NCBI GenBank assembly: GCA_009602735.1
Contig: WELA01000805.1
Location: 280,879 to 331,791 of the forward strand
DNA from: Mesotaenium endlicherianum
Lineage: Eukaryota
Length of the DNA stretch: 50,913 nucleotides
Direction: 5' to 3'
Part shown: one piece after another, positions 48,400 through 50,913 of the stretch
How the letters are laid out: every line of letters begins with the position of its first letter
Numbering within the stretch: position 1 is the stretch's first letter
The notes under the pieces: model-generated
Told to the model about the DNA's origin: nothing
Databases searched by the model: none
Seen by the model: the letters and a program-made list of their open reading frames with translations, nothing else
Translations under genes and position numbers: made by a program

Positions 48400-49690
48400 C
48401 CACCCGCATATTAGGAGTTGAAAAAGAGACCCGCTGAGAGGGTAGTCTTGACGACTTCCGAAGAGAGAGAGAGAGAGAGAGAGAGNAGCTGCTGACGCTG
48501 GAGGCAACGAGCCTGCCACCCGCGTAGAGCTTGCCCTGGTCTGACAGCCCGACGATCACTGCCAGGGCGCCACCTGTCGCGTCGGGGCTGGCCACCCAGG
48601 TGGCCTGCATCCAGGGGCACACCTGCGGGAGTCCCGTCGCCTGACTTCCTGGGTCCCGGGCGGCGGTCCTCTGGGCCGCTCCGGCGGCGCCACCTGCCGT
48701 AAGGGAGCCGCCTGTTGAAGCTCCAGTTGCTGCAGCGAATGGCAGCAGCTGGAGCCCCTGCCCTCGCACGTACTTCATGACGGAGCCGTCGTCCAGCTGG
48801 ACGAGCGCTGACGTGGATCTGGGCGAGTGCGAGTCACCTCCGCACACACCACCGGCATCCAGTGTGTTGTTTCTTGGATGGGCAAGCAACCGCACCACTC
48901 CCTGGGTCACGTGGGAGACTTTGCTGACAACAGCTGTCCACTGGCTGCTGAAGTCCTCCTGGTGTTGACTCAGCTCCAGCTCCACCAGCGAGTCTGCTGA
49001 CGTCATTCCTCCCCCCCGACTCTGTCGAGCGGCCCCATTCTCCGTCGCCGCCGTCATGCCACCCGGCTCGTCGACACGAGGACCGCTTCCGGCCAGACAG
49101 CAGGTGGGGAGGGCTGCCAGACAGGTGGCGGGCCCCAGCCACGCCAAGTGGCGTGCGTTTGAGAGGCCAGCAACGCCGAGTTGCGCCTCGTCATTCGACA
49201 GGCTCACAGGTAAGCCTCTGACGGCGTCCTGGGGCGGCGAATCCGCAGTCTCCTCCTGCGGCTCCACGTCGAGCCAGGTGGCGTGCGGAGAGCAGCTCAC
49301 AAGGCCGAGCGTGCCGTCCGCCAGCACCGCCAGCACCGTCTCTGCCGCCCCGCCTGCAGCCCGCTCCCCGCCGGCCCAGGCCAGGCCCAGGGCCAGCGTC
49401 TGAACGGGGGCTGGGAAGCGCGCAGCCAGCGCGCACATGGGGGGGGGGATGATCGCGTCTCTCAGGGGGGTGATGCGCACGCACGCCCCGTCGATCACGG
49501 CGGCCGTGCTGCTCCCCAGCGGCGCGACAGCTGTCTCCCACACGAGGTCCAGCTGGCGGAGAGCGCCGGCAGCCGTCCACGCCAGCAGCCTAAGGGGCCT
49601 CTCCGCGTCCCAGGAGAAGCTGAGAGCGTCGGATCGGCGCGATCTGAGCTCGGCCTTGAGGTACCAGTGGTAGTTGCAGCGGTGCCACAC
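47387..49690 (-). CDS. ELP1: Elongator complex protein 1 (IKI3/ELP1), partial and gapped
   Basis: Exon from 49690 ([15 protein letters not shown]...[20 protein letters not shown]...[21 protein letters not shown]) runs into the N at 48486; exon 48262-48125 ([12 protein letters not shown]...[13 protein letters not shown]); last exon 47627-47387 (…[13 protein letters not shown]). NYHWYLK, PPPM and GEE.ALV.HL are characteristic ELP1 motifs. Confidence 0.88.
48333..48396. repeat. (CA)n microsatellite in ELP1 intron
   Basis: About 30 perfect CA units; a (GA)n run follows at 48462-48485, next to an N. Confidence 0.95.
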
Positions 49691-50108
49691 CTGCGCGCCC
49701 CCCACACACCACCACCCCCATCCCCATCCCCNCCCCCTGATGGGAAGTCAGAGAGGTGCCAGAAGACCTCGGCCCAGCCTCAGCCATGCCTCCTCAGCGC
49801 ACTTACACTCGTTCAGGCCTTCTGACCCTCACCTCTATGCCCCACAACCTCTCTCTTACTCTGCATGCCCCAGCCTCAGCACAGATTCAGAACATGTGTA
49901 GGCCACAGAGCCCTGCAAGGCCGTACCTTCAGTTGCAACCAAGTTTGCTGAATTTGAGCAAACTCTGATGGAACCTGAGGAGCTAGCTGCACGTGGGGGC
50001 AGGTGGGTGCAGTCCAACTAACCTGATAAGAAGTATATTGCTCAGCCTAGGGTCAAGCGAGGGGTCAACCCACTGGGAGCACGGTCAGCCTAGGCTGTTT
50101 GACGAGTA

Positions 50109-50240
50109 CCTGCCAGCTCGTATCTTGCCGGGGCCGATCGCTGCTCTCCTGGCAGCGCGCCTCGAGATCCTCCTCCCGCCACGTGTCGATGCGGAGGTGC
50201 CGCCACTTGGCGCCAGCGAGGGCGTCCGCGAGTGCCCCGT
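50109..50240 (-). CDS. Isolated putative coding exon (DGALADALAGAKWRHLRIDTWREEDLEARCQESSDRPRQDTSWQ), gene unassigned
   Basis: CAG acceptor and GTACTC donor, 132 nt phase 0-0, GC3-rich codons. Separated from ELP1 by an N at 49732 and not recognisably ELP1. Confidence 0.35.
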
Positions 50241-50913
50241 CCTGTCCCGGCCAGATCGAGAGAAGAGGGAGGGAGCACGTGAGTTCGCTCAGCGGGCCTT
50301 GGGGTCTCCCCCTCTCTCTCTCTCTCTCACATACACACACACGCACACAAAACAAACTCTCCTTTACGCTCTCTATCCCTCCCTCCTCACTTTTTCTCTC
50401 TCTCTCTCTCTCCAAAGCAAAAGCAGCCAACAAGTGTAGGCTCCACCAATAGCCAAAGCAGAGTTGCCATGTCTGCGATCACCACAGGCGCCATGCAGTC
50501 TCCAAAGACAGACAAAACAAGTGTGCATTCTGTCCTTCTGTTGTCAGGGCCCTGTGCCAAGCCATATAAATTTTGAGCCCGTGTAAGAGGTGGGGGGGAA
50601 GAATATCTAGATCATAGGAGACAAGAAAATAGGTTTTGATTTTCTACCTGCATAGGGAGAAAGTAATGTCTATTTGGGGGCCAAAACTAAGATATGGCTC
50701 CTCCCTTCTTCCCCGAGGCCAAAAAATCCTTGCCCCCCCTTCTCTCCTCCCCCTCCCCCCCAGAAAGCCTGCAAGAGGCCAAAGTTCATATTTCACTCCC
50801 CACTGCGTGCACGACAGAGAGAGAGAGAGAAAAGGCAAAAGAACTTGGGGGTTGGGAGACAGAGTGCAACTAATCTTCGAGAAATGTAGGGGGGGCGCCC
50901 GATTGGTTGGGGG

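Overview
Eukaryotic nuclear DNA, most likely a streptophyte green alga or early-diverging plant (inferred from a plant-type DiT1 with transit peptide, a plant-like ELP1, GC-rich exons and (CA)n-rich introns). Bases 1-33608 are a nested island of Ty3/gypsy LTR retrotransposons from at least four families (labelled A-D here). All four use a tRNA-iMet PBS, and B, C and D carry an integrase chromodomain (chromovirus type). Nesting read from termini and TSDs: A sits in B1 pol; a C-type LTR (C0) sits in the B1 LTR; D1 sits in the C0 LTR; and C1 (7062-15902, TSD AAGAT), D2 (17030-23714, TSD TAAGG) and B2 (23887-30185, TSD ACCCG/ATCCG) all sit in D1 pol. Family C carries an extra sense-strand ORF (about 558 codons, 13396-15072) between the chromodomain and the PPT. 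It is preceded by a TACTAAC branch point and a TGCAG acceptor, is conserved at codon level in a second diverged copy, and does not look like env. This is the most notable candidate for an undescribed system. Bases 35329-50913 are genic: a 6-exon, N-myristoylated BORCS5/LOH12CR1-like gene (minus strand, one GC-AG intron), head-to-head with an 8-exon plastid 2-oxoglutarate/malate translocator DiT1 (plus strand), which converges on a gapped Elongator subunit ELP1 gene (minus strand).
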